Under the pieces are notes generated by a model. The model was not told the DNA's origin. It worked only from the letters and a program-made list of their open reading frames with translations, and did no database searches. A program made the translations under genes and the position numbers. DNA of 63,993 nucleotides, the filler included, from an uncultured bacterium (GTDB taxonomy: Bacteria > Latescibacterota > UBA2968), in assembly GCA_964471275.1 (NCBI GenBank). It is 3 parts of 3 records of this genome, joined end to end, with 100 filler letters (N's around TTAATTAATTAA, not from the genome) between each part and the next. Parts side by side here need not be neighbours in the genome. Positions count along the whole stretch, not along the records: positions 1 to 21,543 come from CAYYGZ010000055.1; 2 more parts are not named here. The stretch is one strand, 5' to 3'. Positions within the stretch are counted from its first letter, which is position 1. Each line of letters starts with the position of its first letter. This document shows, in pieces, positions 10,683-20,500 of the stretch.

Positions 10683-12803
10683 ATGGTCGGATTGATCTGT
10701 AAAGAGATTCGCAGCACGACCCTGGAGCGGCTGCGCAAGACACGCGAGGCCGACCTGCACGTGAGCGGACTCACGCAACCGCTGCAGTTGGGTGAGGGGC
10801 TCTACCATCTCCTGGACCATATCGATGTACCGGTCGATGCATCCGATCTTATCGTAGGTCGCATCAAGGAGGAGGTACCCGATGCTGAGGGGGAAGCCTT
10901 CTTCGAGACGACCGTTTCCGCCTGGGAGAATCGTGCGATTCCTCCCTGGATGCGGGATGGCGGTCACGAGTGCTTTGCGTGGGAGCGTCTGCTCGACCTG
11001 GGGCTGACCGGTCTGGAGGCGCGAGCCCAGAACGTTCTGGATGAGCGAACGGCCAGGGGCGAGAGCGAGGAAACCCTCGAGTTTCTGAGAGGCGCGGTGC
11101 GCGTCTACCAGGCCTTTCGCCGCTACGCCGAGCGCTATGCCGAACGGGCTCGCGAAGCAGGGCTTACTGCCCCCGCCGATCATTGTGCTGCGATTGCCGA
11201 GCGGTCGCCGGAGACCTTTTCGGAAGCTCTTCAGCTCATCTGGTTGGTCGGCAATGTCTACTGCACGATGGTGGCCACGAACCCCACGCTTACCTTCGGC
11301 CGCCTTGATGTTCTGCTCCTACCTTTCTATCGACGTGACCTGAAGGCCGACCGTCTGACCCGGAGCCAGGCTGGGGATCTGGTCGCCGATTTCTACTACA
11401 AGAACAACCTGGTTCTCGGTCGCGGCGAGCATCAGATGAGCGGGGGCTGCGAGACCGAAACTGGATGGAGGCGAAACCTCACCTACGACGCGCCGCAGTA
11501 TGTCGTCCTCGGCGGATACCGAGTAGACGGTTCCCCGCCGGCCGACGAGCTGACCGAACTCTTTCTGGAGCGCGTCGATCCTCGCTACGAAAACCCGGTG
11601 ATGGTACTACGCTACAGCAAGGATCTACCTGAGAACATCTGGCGCCTGGCCTGTTCCAAGATGCGTGACAATTCCAGCTTTATGGTCTACAACGACGAGA
11701 ATATCCTCCCTGCAATGCGTCACTGCGGCATCGCAGCGGAGGACGCCGTTACCTATACGATGCACGGCTGCAACTGGCCGGACATCCCCGGTATCCAGCG
11801 TCAGGTGAGCAGTCGTTCGGCGATTCTGCCTCAGTACTTTCTCGACGCTTTCTTCAGCTTCGAGGATGAACTGCCCTCCATCGATGCCCTCTACGAGCGT
11901 TTTGCTGATTGCTTCCGAGAGGAGATCGCGGTGGAGTGCGAGAAGCTCCGCCAGTGCTATCGGGATTGGGAAACGCAGGTGTCAGGCATCCTGCGGGTAG
12001 ACGATTGCTTTCTCGACGGCCCCATCGAAAACGCGCGGTCCTGGAATCAGGGCGGCGTCCGGTATGCGACGCTCACGTGTGCCATCACATCGCTGGCCAC
12101 AGCCGCTGACTGTTTTGCCGCCGTCGATGAACTGGTGCTCAGATCGAGACGGGTGACACTTGCGGAGTTGCAGGAAGCCTTGCGCAATGATTTCGAGGGG
12201 CAGGAGCCCTTGCGTCAGCTCTGCCTCAACACGGTCAAGTTCGGTCAGGACGATGCGCTGGCCGACAGCCACGCTGTACGCCTGCTCGATGAGGTCCTGG
12301 CTGAAATAGATCGCGCCTCCGGTCTGGACACGGACGAGGCGGTGATCGTATTCCGCTGTCTCGAGACGGATATGCGCCACGTTCGAATAGGGGCCACCAT
12401 AGGCGCTACCGCGGACGGTCGCCGAGCGGGGCAACCGATCAGTGAGAATACCTCGCCGTATCCTGGATCCTGTCGACGGGGTTTGACATCCATGCTCAAG
12501 TCGGTGTCCAAGCTTCCCCTGCATGGCATCAACTCGGGTGCCCTCAATATCCGTCTACAGCCGGATCTGGTTGCCGAGGAAGCAGGTCTCGATCGACTCT
12601 CCGCTCTGCTGCGCACCTATTTCGATCTGGGCGGTCTTCAGTGTCAACTGTCTGTCTGCTCAATAGAGCAGCTGCGGGAGGCCCAGAGACACCCAGAAGA
12701 ACATCGTGACCTGATGGTACGGATTACGGGCTACAGCGCCGTTTTTGTGGATATGGCTCCACGCGCCCAGGAGGAGTTCATCCGTCGGGAAGAGATGGGG
12801 TAG
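10683..12803 (+). CDS. Glycyl radical enzyme (PFL-like family), atypical
   Basis: C-terminal AQRHPEEHRDLMVRITGYSA glycyl motif, GATADGRRAGQP, P.TF.EALQ, GRLD; the Cys loop reads HGCNWP. Confidence 0.9.
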   Translation: MVGLICKEIRSTTLERLRKTREADLHVSGLTQPLQLGEGLYHLLDHIDVPVDASDLIVGRIKEEVPDAEGEAFFETTVSAWENRAIPPWMRDGGHECFAWERLLDLGLTGLEARAQNVLDERTARGESEETLEFLRGAVRVYQAFRRYAERYAERAREAGLTAPADHCAAIAERSPETFSEALQLIWLVGNVYCTMVATNPTLTFGRLDVLLLPFYRRDLKADRLTRSQAGDLVADFYYKNNLVLGRGEHQMSGGCETETGWRRNLTYDAPQYVVLGGYRVDGSPPADELTELFLERVDPRYENPVMVLRYSKDLPENIWRLACSKMRDNSSFMVYNDENILPAMRHCGIAAEDAVTYTMHGCNWPDIPGIQRQVSSRSAILPQYFLDAFFSFEDELPSIDALYERFADCFREEIAVECEKLRQCYRDWETQVSGILRVDDCFLDGPIENARSWNQGGVRYATLTCAITSLATAADCFAAVDELVLRSRRVTLAELQEALRNDFEGQEPLRQLCLNTVKFGQDDALADSHAVRLLDEVLAEIDRASGLDTDEAVIVFRCLETDMRHVRIGATIGATADGRRAGQPISENTSPYPGSCRRGLTSMLKSVSKLPLHGINSGALNIRLQPDLVAEEAGLDRLSALLRTYFDLGGLQCQLSVCSIEQLREAQRHPEEHRDLMVRITGYSAVFVDMAPRAQEEFIRREEMG

Positions 12804-13043
12804 GTCTCTTGTCGAGGCTTTGTTCTACAAGGCAGGGACAGGACCGGGTGACTGTGACTGAAAAAGAATAGCCATACCAGTTGCCCCGGTAGTGGGCCTG
12901 GACTTGATCTATTCTTGAATCCTGACCTTGCCGATCAGAATAGGTAGTTTGTCTGGTGCATCGTACCTCGTGCGTTTTGCTGGTGATATTAATGGATCGT
13001 TTCTGTCCCCACCCGGTTTTGCCGACCCGTGTCGGCGAGGGCA

Positions 13044-13285
13044 CCCCTTCGACCAGGCTCAGGACACGCTTTGACTGCGCCTCAAAGGTGCCCCAAAACG
13101 CGCTTGCTTCCCTCAGCTCCGCTCGGGACAGGCCGCCTCGTTGCCGAGGCGCGCCGCGAGGGGATGGCCCCGGTAGCTGACCAGAGTCGTTCTTACTGCT
13201 CCGCGTCTACAATAGATCCACACCGCCCCAGTACTCACGAATCCGCCATCCCCCACCCCGTCCCTCGTCAAGCTCAGGATAAACT
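13044..13285. repeat. Cluster of degenerate REP-like elements
   Basis: CCCTTCGACCAGGCTCAGGA (about 13046), CCCTCAGCTCCGCTCGGGA (about 13109), CCCTCGTCAAGCTCAGGA (about 13262). Confidence 0.5.
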
Positions 13286-13523
13286 CAGTGCCACACGCCC
13301 TCTCCACACTCCCCGGCCCATCCCCGCGGATTCGAAAGGGTCCCTACCCCTTGTGAGTTGTCAGAAGTATCGTGCAAAGCAGTCGCCACACCGGGGCCTG
13401 CTCTCTTACTGGGCGCCGAGGGCCACGATTTCATAGATCAGCAAACGTACCGCGGCGCCGTGGCCACGAGTATCCGAGTTTGGGAATAGTCCAGGCTAGC
13501 ACCAAGCCCCGGGAGACAAAGCG

Positions 13524-15299
13524 ATGAGTATCCAACCCCCCTATGCCACCCGCAGTGACTGCATCGATGTCAAGATCGGGCTGCTGCAGAAAGCCTATGC
13601 GCAGGGCAGACATGATCTGGCCATGTCGTTGCTGGAGTCGATGAAAGACACACTGCACTACGAAAAACAGCGCGCCCTGCCCGTCGATGTCCCGCTCAGC
13701 GGTGCTGCCGACGGTATCGCGGTAGGGGAATTGCCCCCGATCTGGTGTGACTGGGCTCGGGGGTGGTCCTGGTGCAAGCTGCTCGAGGTGCGTGAGATGG
13801 CAGGTCTGGCACGCCGAAATGAGCCGGTCCACATCTCGGTAGCTTTTCCGGCGGAGGGCACTACCGATCTCAGACGGGAAGTTCGCGTCGCCCGCGTCGA
13901 CGGGGAGGGGAGGCTGCGCCAGGTCGTCAGCCAGGTGCACGCCGAGGTGTTCGAGCGCGGGGAACGTCACTGTCAGCTGGTGTTTGCCGCCGATGTTGCC
14001 GCAAACGGTCGCGCTCTGATTCTCGTGTTCTACGGCAACGAGCTGGCGGAGCTGCCCCGTTACACAACCGATCTTACGGTTACGGGAGAAGGTTGGGGGC
14101 TCGACATCGAAAACGACTTCTACGTTGCCAATCTGTCGCGGCAAATGGGGCAGATGGAGCGTTTGACCTACAAGCGCGACCACGGTCTGACTTTGTTTGC
14201 CGGGGGTGAAGGGCACGGAGAGCCGCCGAATATCGACTGGGCCCACGACTATGTCCCGGGTGGCCGGCTGCATAAGGTCCGTGTCACGAACTGGGCTGAG
14301 TGTCCGAATTACGAGGTTGTCAAAGGCCCGCTGTGCGTCCAGGTACGGCGCTGGGGATTCCCGCACAGTCCCGGTCATCCGCTCTACACGCCGAGCCGTC
14401 TGCATATCGACGTCACGTATACTTTCTACGCCGGCTTGCCCTACTTCTTCAAGAGCGGCCGTATGGACGTGCTCGCCGATGGTCAGTATACCATACGGGA
14501 CGATGAGTGGGTGTTCTCGGGCTACTCCTTCAACGGTACTGTGTGGATCGATCGCGACGGCAAGCTGCACGAGGGGGACGTCCCGGAAGAACAGAAAAAG
14601 GACCTGCGCGGTGTGGGCTTCTTTCATCGCGATAGCAAGGATGCCTTCATCGCCCTGCGCATTGCCCACGAGGCCGCAAACTACGACGAGCTGGTATCGC
14701 CGGGTGCGGCCCACGACTACGAGGGCCACGGCCAGGTGTGGTCCCGCTATCCGGCCGGAGATCCCGACATAAAGGCCGGGGCTGTCCTGACCCAGAAGAA
14801 TGCCTACCTGATTGCACCGTACGAAGGCTCCGGGCCGGTGGATGAGACCCGGGCGCGACTCGTGCAGCCGCTGCAGGTGATCACTGGATCGGTTCCGACC
14901 GACACGGCGAGTGAATGCCCGGGAAGGTTGGCGCGGCCCGGAGAAATCGAGGAAGAAGGGGGGGCCCTGAAGCGAGCGATCTGGGCAGCAATGCGCGAAA
15001 CCAAAGACGCCATGTTCTACCAGAACGACGCCAACGTTGTCGATATGGGGTATATCTACGACCTGCGCCTCGAAGAGGATGTGGCACACGTGACTCTGAC
15101 AATGCCGCATAAGGGTCGGCCACGACACGGCTTCATCCATCGCCCCGGGCCAACGCCGCACACGCCGCTGGCCAACCGCCTACGCCAAGTCGACGGGGTC
15201 CGCGATGTCGTCGTTCACTTCACCTGGGAGCCAGCCTGGACGGCGGCCCGAGTGACGGCTCGGGGGCGGGCCAGCATGGGGCTGGAAGAAGTGGAGTAA
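13524..15299 (+). CDS. Uncharacterised protein with C-terminal DUF59/MIP18 (SufT/PaaD-like) domain
   Basis: C-terminus NVVDMGYIYDL...VTLTM...VDGVRDVVVHFTWEPAWTAARVT...MGL; the first ~480 aa are not recognised. Confidence 0.75.
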   Translation: MSIQPPYATRSDCIDVKIGLLQKAYAQGRHDLAMSLLESMKDTLHYEKQRALPVDVPLSGAADGIAVGELPPIWCDWARGWSWCKLLEVREMAGLARRNEPVHISVAFPAEGTTDLRREVRVARVDGEGRLRQVVSQVHAEVFERGERHCQLVFAADVAANGRALILVFYGNELAELPRYTTDLTVTGEGWGLDIENDFYVANLSRQMGQMERLTYKRDHGLTLFAGGEGHGEPPNIDWAHDYVPGGRLHKVRVTNWAECPNYEVVKGPLCVQVRRWGFPHSPGHPLYTPSRLHIDVTYTFYAGLPYFFKSGRMDVLADGQYTIRDDEWVFSGYSFNGTVWIDRDGKLHEGDVPEEQKKDLRGVGFFHRDSKDAFIALRIAHEAANYDELVSPGAAHDYEGHGQVWSRYPAGDPDIKAGAVLTQKNAYLIAPYEGSGPVDETRARLVQPLQVITGSVPTDTASECPGRLARPGEIEEEGGALKRAIWAAMRETKDAMFYQNDANVVDMGYIYDLRLEEDVAHVTLTMPHKGRPRHGFIHRPGPTPHTPLANRLRQVDGVRDVVVHFTWEPAWTAARVTARGRASMGLEEVE

Positions 15300-15397
15300 G
15301 CTGTCGTATTCAGACCTTCAACTGTTCGACCCGTAGCTTTGGAGAAATCGCTGCCTCAAGCGAGCAGGTCTGTGCCGTTCGCGTACGTTATCAAGCT

Positions 15398-15800
15398 ATG
15401 AGAGGAGAGGATCGCGTGCTCAAGGAACTCGACCTCGGAGATAGTGCCAGGTGGAAGGAACGCTTCCTAGCCTCGTCGATCGCGTGGGCGGCGATAGCCA
15501 GTCAAGAACCGAGACGTGGTCTCGTGGCGGCGAATCTCGATGGCATCCTGCAGTTGTATGCGTGGGACGTCGAGACGGGCGAGCTTTCGAAGCGGACGGA
15601 TGCTCCGGCCGGTGTCAGTCAAGGTATGATCTCGGCAGGTGGGAGCCACATCTACTACCATCGAGATGACCAGGGCGGCGAGATCGGACACTATGTGCGG
15701 ATTCTGTTCGACGGCGGTGAGGAAGAGGATATGGCACCGTATTCCTCTCTCACGGTCGCGCAGAGCCACACAGGTAACGTGGTCGGATGTACGTGCGCGG
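15398..15800 (+). pseudogene. S9/prolyl oligopeptidase-like N-terminal propeller fragment, truncated by IS481
   Basis: WKERF..., GILQLYAWDVETGEL, YYHRDDQGGEIGHYVR; no catalytic domain. Confidence 0.6.
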
Positions 15801-16043
15801 GGACCGATGGCTTCGTCGAAAGACTGCAAAGCACCATCCGCCATGAACACTGGAGGATCGCCTTCAGACGGCGCTACTTCACTACATAAAGACAGCTTGA
15901 AGCTTCACTCCAACGCTTCCTCTGCTTCTACAACGACGAACGGCCACACTTCGAATACCGAACCAAAGGACGAACATCCTCTGAGATCTTCTGGGGAGCT
16001 CAAAGGAGGACCTGAAGTGTCAACACCATTACGACACTGGACA
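15801..16043 (+). mobile_element. IS481-family remnant: transposase C-terminus plus terminal repeat
   Basis: TDGFVERLQSTIRHEHWRIAFRRRYFTT*RQLEASLQRFLCFYNDERPH..YRTKGRT, followed by an end terminating in ...CTGGACA at 16043. Confidence 0.82.
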
Positions 16044-16196
16044 ACCTAGACTGCCGCCGGATCTGACGAGGATCGTGGCTCCGATGCCTAACCTGCTATC
16101 GGGCTGGGCGGTTGCAGCATTGCGGGCGCGACCGCCCAGATCCCGCGGTCCACCCTCTACCAACGCTCTTCGAGCTACGGTGGGGCAGACCCAGAT

Positions 16197-17042
16197 TTAC
16201 CTCACGTCCCTCCACAGCCATCGCAGTGTTTCGGGCAGCAATGTCCCTCCGTGCAGCCCGGTGTGCTTTCCTTCACCTCCAACGAATTTGTAGTCGTACT
16301 CCATAAACTCTAAAGCGCTCTCCATCTGCAGATTGGAAAGCCACCAGTCGCCGTGCGCCTTGTTCAGGTCGTTCTTGCCATCCTGGAGAAACACGCGAAT
16401 CGGTTTGGGGTCCGTTTTTCGGATCAGGAACGGATAGACGTGCCCGCCGCGGATGTTCACGAAGCTGCCGATATGGGAGACAACTTTTCGGAACACGTCG
16501 GGACGTTCCCAGGCGACGGTGAAAGAGACGATGCCCCCGGAGCTCGAACCGGCGATCGCACGACACTCAGGGTCGTCCATGAGATTGTGGGTCCTGGAGA
16601 CCTCAGGCAGGATCTCTTCGATCAGGAATTTCGCATACTGATCGCTGAGCGAATCGTATTCGACACTTCGGTTGTTCTTAGGGCCCGTGCTTTCGGGTAA
16701 TTCGCCACCGAGGTGCCCGGGGTTGATGAAGATGCCCACCGTAACGGGCATCTCACCCTTATGGATCAGGTTGTCGAAGACGACGGGCACACGATACGCG
16801 CCGTCGTCGGATATGACGCCGCCGCCGTCCTGGAAGATCATCACGCAAGCGGGTTTTGAGGCTTCATACTGAGCGGGTGTGTAGACCCAGTATTCGCGGA
16901 TGGTGCCTTCAAAGATTTGGCTTTTCCAGATGTGACGGGTGACTTCACCCTTCGGAACATCTTCCTGCCGGAAGGAATCCGGGAGGTAGGTGTAGAGGCC
17001 GGAGTCGTCGCGGTCTATGTCGCGGGTTCTTCTCGATGGCAT
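16197..17042 (-). CDS. Esterase, alpha/beta hydrolase (Fes-like)
   Basis: FQDG, NRSVEYD, GSSSGG nucleophile elbow, GKH. Confidence 0.85.
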   Translation of the reverse strand: MPSRRTRDIDRDDSGLYTYLPDSFRQEDVPKGEVTRHIWKSQIFEGTIREYWVYTPAQYEASKPACVMIFQDGGGVISDDGAYRVPVVFDNLIHKGEMPVTVGIFINPGHLGGELPESTGPKNNRSVEYDSLSDQYAKFLIEEILPEVSRTHNLMDDPECRAIAGSSSGGIVSFTVAWERPDVFRKVVSHIGSFVNIRGGHVYPFLIRKTDPKPIRVFLQDGKNDLNKAHGDWWLSNLQMESALEFMEYDYKFVGGEGKHTGLHGGTLLPETLRWLWRDVR

Positions 17043-17239
17043 TGTGACATCCTATGAAAATCGGAGCCCGTCAACGCAGGGGCGTCGAGCGGATTCGGAC
17101 ACGACTGGGGAACCCAAACAAGGGTGTGCGTGAGGGTCCGTCCGCGGATTGTCTCTGCAACGCGAAGGTGCGCCGTTGATTGGTTGTATGCCACTATGTT
17201 CGCCTATCGGCGGCGCGAATTGGTTTCTGTCGCGTTTAC

Positions 17240-17287
17240 ACCTGGGGCTGACGCCCCAGGCTAGCGACGGTCGCCCCTTCGGGGCTG
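17240..17287. repeat. REP-like palindromic element
   Basis: CCTGGGGC-TGAC-GCCCCAGG followed by GCCCC-TTCG-GGGC. Confidence 0.6.
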
Positions 17288-17314
17288 GTGGGTTGTCTGC
17301 TCTCACCAGCGTGT

Positions 17315-18517
17315 CTATACCGCGAACATCGTACGGTTCGAGATCCCGCAGGGATACTTCTCGTCCATGTAGCCGCCGATAAACTGAGCGGTGCGGCCGG
17401 CAGGAGAAGTGCCTTCATAATATGCGGTGAACGAGGTGTTGAAGTCGACGATCCAGGCGCGGCTTGCTTCTGACGAGTCCTTGGCGACGATGTAGGCGTT
17501 GTTGAAGATGCCGTTTTCCTTCAAGCCGGTTCCTCCGGCGGCTTTGATGTAGCCGTCGATCTGACCGAGGATGGCACCGGCGTCGTCACCGCCCACGCCG
17601 CTGGTCATCACTTCCTTCACACCTGAGTGTGTGAAGGATGTCCAGGTGCTGAATCCGTCGACGATGTCACCGGATCGCTCGATGGTGATGTCCTCGCCCA
17701 CGACGACTCGTGGCTGGGGTTCGACGATGCCGTCGAGGTTGGGGATCCAGGAGACGGGATAGGTCGCGCCGGCGGGCCGGTTGTCACCAAAATAGTCAGC
17801 GATGACTTCGTTGATGGCGGCGATGTTGGCCCACTGTTTCAGCGGATCCGCATCGGCCGCGACCAGTACTTCCAGCCAGAGGGTCTGTGACTTGAAATCC
17901 ACGCCCTTCTCTGCCATCGGCTTCTCATACTGCTCCACCAACACGTATTCCATCTCCTTCTTCACGTCATCATCCAGCGTCGTGACCAGGTTGCCATCGG
18001 ATCCGGTATGCTGGACGGAGGCTCCGCTGGGCTGATGATCCTGCCAGTTGCCGTAGTCGATCACGCCCCCTCCGATGCTGACATTTTCACCACGGACAGC
18101 CTTGATCTGAACTTCGAACAGCGCGGCCGGATCGGGGAAACCTTCCGGATGCGTGAATCTCGCCATCCGGTTCGAGCTGAGTTTGTGGCCGGTGACGGCA
18201 TTGATCAGGGCTCCGTAGACGGCGTTGTAGTCGTTGCGATAGGCTTCGCACGCGGCGCGGTCGCCCTCGGGTGTGGTCCAGAGGACGTCAGTTGCGTAGA
18301 CGTCGCCCCAGTTGGCTCCACCTTTGGCGAGCCCCGGAGACAGATTCTGGATGGTGCCGAACCATTGTGCGGCGAGTTCCGCCGGGTACTGCGTGCCGAC
18401 GTTGCCTGATGGTTCGACGTGATGTACGACGGACTTGTCATCGTAGGTGACGACGGTTTGGGTGGTGCCGGAGAAGATGCCGATCGGGTTGTAGCGAATG
18501 ATGTTTACGGAAGACAT
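17315..18517 (-). CDS. Protein of three tandem Rid/YjgF-like domains (putative)
   Basis: Three ~130-aa units ending YNAVY...FPDPAALFEVQIKAV, INEVIADYFGDNRPAGATYPVSWIP..GIVE and FNTSFTAYYEGTSPAGRT. Confidence 0.6.
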   Translation of the reverse strand: MSSVNIIRYNPIGIFSGTTQTVVTYDDKSVVHHVEPSGNVGTQYPAELAAQWFGTIQNLSPGLAKGGANWGDVYATDVLWTTPEGDRAACEAYRNDYNAVYGALINAVTGHKLSSNRMARFTHPEGFPDPAALFEVQIKAVRGENVSIGGGVIDYGNWQDHQPSGASVQHTGSDGNLVTTLDDDVKKEMEYVLVEQYEKPMAEKGVDFKSQTLWLEVLVAADADPLKQWANIAAINEVIADYFGDNRPAGATYPVSWIPNLDGIVEPQPRVVVGEDITIERSGDIVDGFSTWTSFTHSGVKEVMTSGVGGDDAGAILGQIDGYIKAAGGTGLKENGIFNNAYIVAKDSSEASRAWIVDFNTSFTAYYEGTSPAGRTAQFIGGYMDEKYPCGISNRTMFAV

Positions 18518-18603
18518 TTTTACCTCGTGAGACGTGAGAAGGCAGATGTGAAGGACAGGTGACCAATCTTTACACCGTGATGTTCTGGCAGGGGGGCAAG
18601 TGG

Positions 18604-19464
18604 TCAGGTGGCGTCGACGAGTGTTTCGATCTCTTTCATGAAGGTGATGTTGTCGGAGACCTTGTCGGCCTGGCTCGCTTTGTTCGAGAAGTCTTCAAAG
18701 CTGAGCCAGCCGTCGTAACCGACGGACTTGAGTGAGCGAATCAGGAACTCGAAATCGACGCAGCCGTCGCGCATGGGGGCCGATTCGTGTTTCCAGGTCC
18801 GGACATAGGGTGACTCGGCGGGTGTTGCGGCCCAGCGACCGTTCTTGATGTGAACGTGTGCGAGATACGGGCCCAGCATCTCAAAGACCATCTGGTAGTG
18901 CTCGTAGCCTTCGTGAACCATGTTGCCCGCGTCGTGGATCACGCCAACGAATTGAGGCGAGAAGTTGGATGCGAGTTGGAAAGCGAGGCTGGCGGATGTC
19001 GTGATGTTGCCCGGGTGCGTTTCCATAATGGCCTTGACGCTGAACTGTTTAGCCAGCTGCTGGATGCGACCGAAGTGGCCTACGCACTCTTCGAAAAGCT
19101 CCGGGTATGGGCGGGAGCCATCGTAGTGGAGGGAGTTGACGCGCAGAGCGTCTGCACCCAGGATCTTGGCTACCTGCATCATTCGAGCGACATCGTCATA
19201 CTGATCGCACCGGAGGTATGTGCCTAGGCTTGCGGCGCGGACGTCCAGTTCAGTCATCCAGCCGGCGACTTCCTGGAACCTGTCATCGGACCAAGAGGCC
19301 TGAAGCGTGGTGCGGTTGCCCTTCCAGTAGCCCGGAGTGGTGGTGTCGCCGTCGTCGTTGGTGACGCGCCATTCGACACCGGTGTAGCCGGCGGCCTTGA
19401 GCTGCTCGAGCGTTTCGCAAGGGGTGGTTTCGGGTTGTCCAACGGTGAAGCATGCGTATTCCAC
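18604..19464 (-). CDS. Sugar phosphate isomerase/epimerase (xylose isomerase-like TIM barrel)
   Basis: GYTGVEWR, METH, HDAGN, HVHIKN, GYDGWLSFED. Confidence 0.85.
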   Translation of the reverse strand: MEYACFTVGQPETTPCETLEQLKAAGYTGVEWRVTNDDGDTTTPGYWKGNRTTLQASWSDDRFQEVAGWMTELDVRAASLGTYLRCDQYDDVARMMQVAKILGADALRVNSLHYDGSRPYPELFEECVGHFGRIQQLAKQFSVKAIMETHPGNITTSASLAFQLASNFSPQFVGVIHDAGNMVHEGYEHYQMVFEMLGPYLAHVHIKNGRWAATPAESPYVRTWKHESAPMRDGCVDFEFLIRSLKSVGYDGWLSFEDFSNKASQADKVSDNITFMKEIETLVDAT

Positions 19465-19557
19465 GGTGTAGCCTCAGTGCGAGAAGTGAGTGGTTGTGAT
19501 GGGCGTTGAGATCCGACTGGGATTGCGGTGGATCGGGCGCGGTCGTGAAGACCGCGG

Positions 19558-20340
19558 TTACGGTTCTCCCATCGTGGCGCGGGCGGCGGCGAGAGAGTCG
19601 GGGTTGCCGATGTCGAGGATAGTGCCGTCGATTCTGTGTGCGTAGACAGGGATGCGGGTGTAGAGCCACTCGACGATCTGGCCGGGCGAGTCGCCGGTGA
19701 TCCCTGGCGTGTCCTCACCGTCGTCCAGGTATTCGGCGATCCGGGGCAGGGATGCTCTCGGGTAGATGTAGATCGGCGGGACGACCCAGTTCGATTTCGG
19801 GACGGGGGGCTTCTCAACAAAGTCGATCAGCCTGTCGTCGTCGTCCAGTATCGCGTTGCCGCGCTTCTTCAGGTCCTCGATGTCCTTCTCGTGTCGTACG
19901 CAGATGTGATACTCACCGTTCCGCTTCCAGGTCTTGACTAAGTCGTTCAGCGAGAATTGCAGGATGTTATCCGACGCGCAGACCAGCAAATCATCATTGA
20001 TCGCAGCCTTGTCGAGCACGTACTTCAGATCGGGGATTGCGCCGAGCCTGCTTTCAGCTGTCGAGGTGCCATCGTCATGGATGGTGATCCGCAGCCCACT
20101 ATGAGCGCGATCTTCTGTCCTGGTCTGATCGCTCAGGTGTGTCAGCCATTTCTGGAAGTGTCCCGCGAATCGATGATTCGTGACCAGATGGGCGTGATCA
20201 ATGTCCGGGATCTCGCAAAGCTGATCGATCAGATGATCCAGGATCGTCTGGCCGCCGATTTCGAGCAAGGGTTTCGGGAAGTTTTTTGTGAGTGGATAGA
20301 GGCGGGTGGCATATCCGGCTGCGAGGATGATGGCTTGCAT
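19558..20340 (-). CDS. Sugar-1-phosphate nucleotidyltransferase family protein
   Basis: ILAAGYATRLYPLT..PKPLL, FVEKP, DIG. Confidence 0.88.
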   Translation of the reverse strand: MQAIILAAGYATRLYPLTKNFPKPLLEIGGQTILDHLIDQLCEIPDIDHAHLVTNHRFAGHFQKWLTHLSDQTRTEDRAHSGLRITIHDDGTSTAESRLGAIPDLKYVLDKAAINDDLLVCASDNILQFSLNDLVKTWKRNGEYHICVRHEKDIEDLKKRGNAILDDDDRLIDFVEKPPVPKSNWVVPPIYIYPRASLPRIAEYLDDGEDTPGITGDSPGQIVEWLYTRIPVYAHRIDGTILDIGNPDSLAAARATMGEP

Positions 20341-20380
20341 AGGCGTGCAGTTTTCCGTGTGGTGATTCGTACCGTGTGTT

Positions 20381-20476
20381 CGAGTAGGCCCAAGCAGTGC
20401 TCGGGCCTACTCGAGAGCCGGGCATCAGCGAGGTACTATTCCGGCTTCTCGATACAGCCTGCGCGAGGCGCAGGCC
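20381..20476. repeat. Three consecutive intergenic hairpins
   Basis: CGAGTAGGCCC..GGGCCTACTCG; GAGAGCCGG..CCGGCTTCTC; GCCTGCGC-GAG-GCGCAGGC. Confidence 0.6.
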
Positions 20477-20500
20477 TATTCGAAGACACGGTGGATCTCA

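Noticed and set aside
13431..15161. 576-aa minus-strand ORF and similar long antisense ORFs (26907-28049, 60705-62228, 39150-39914)
   Set aside because: Shadow frames of well-supported genes in GC-rich DNA, with no recognisable motifs
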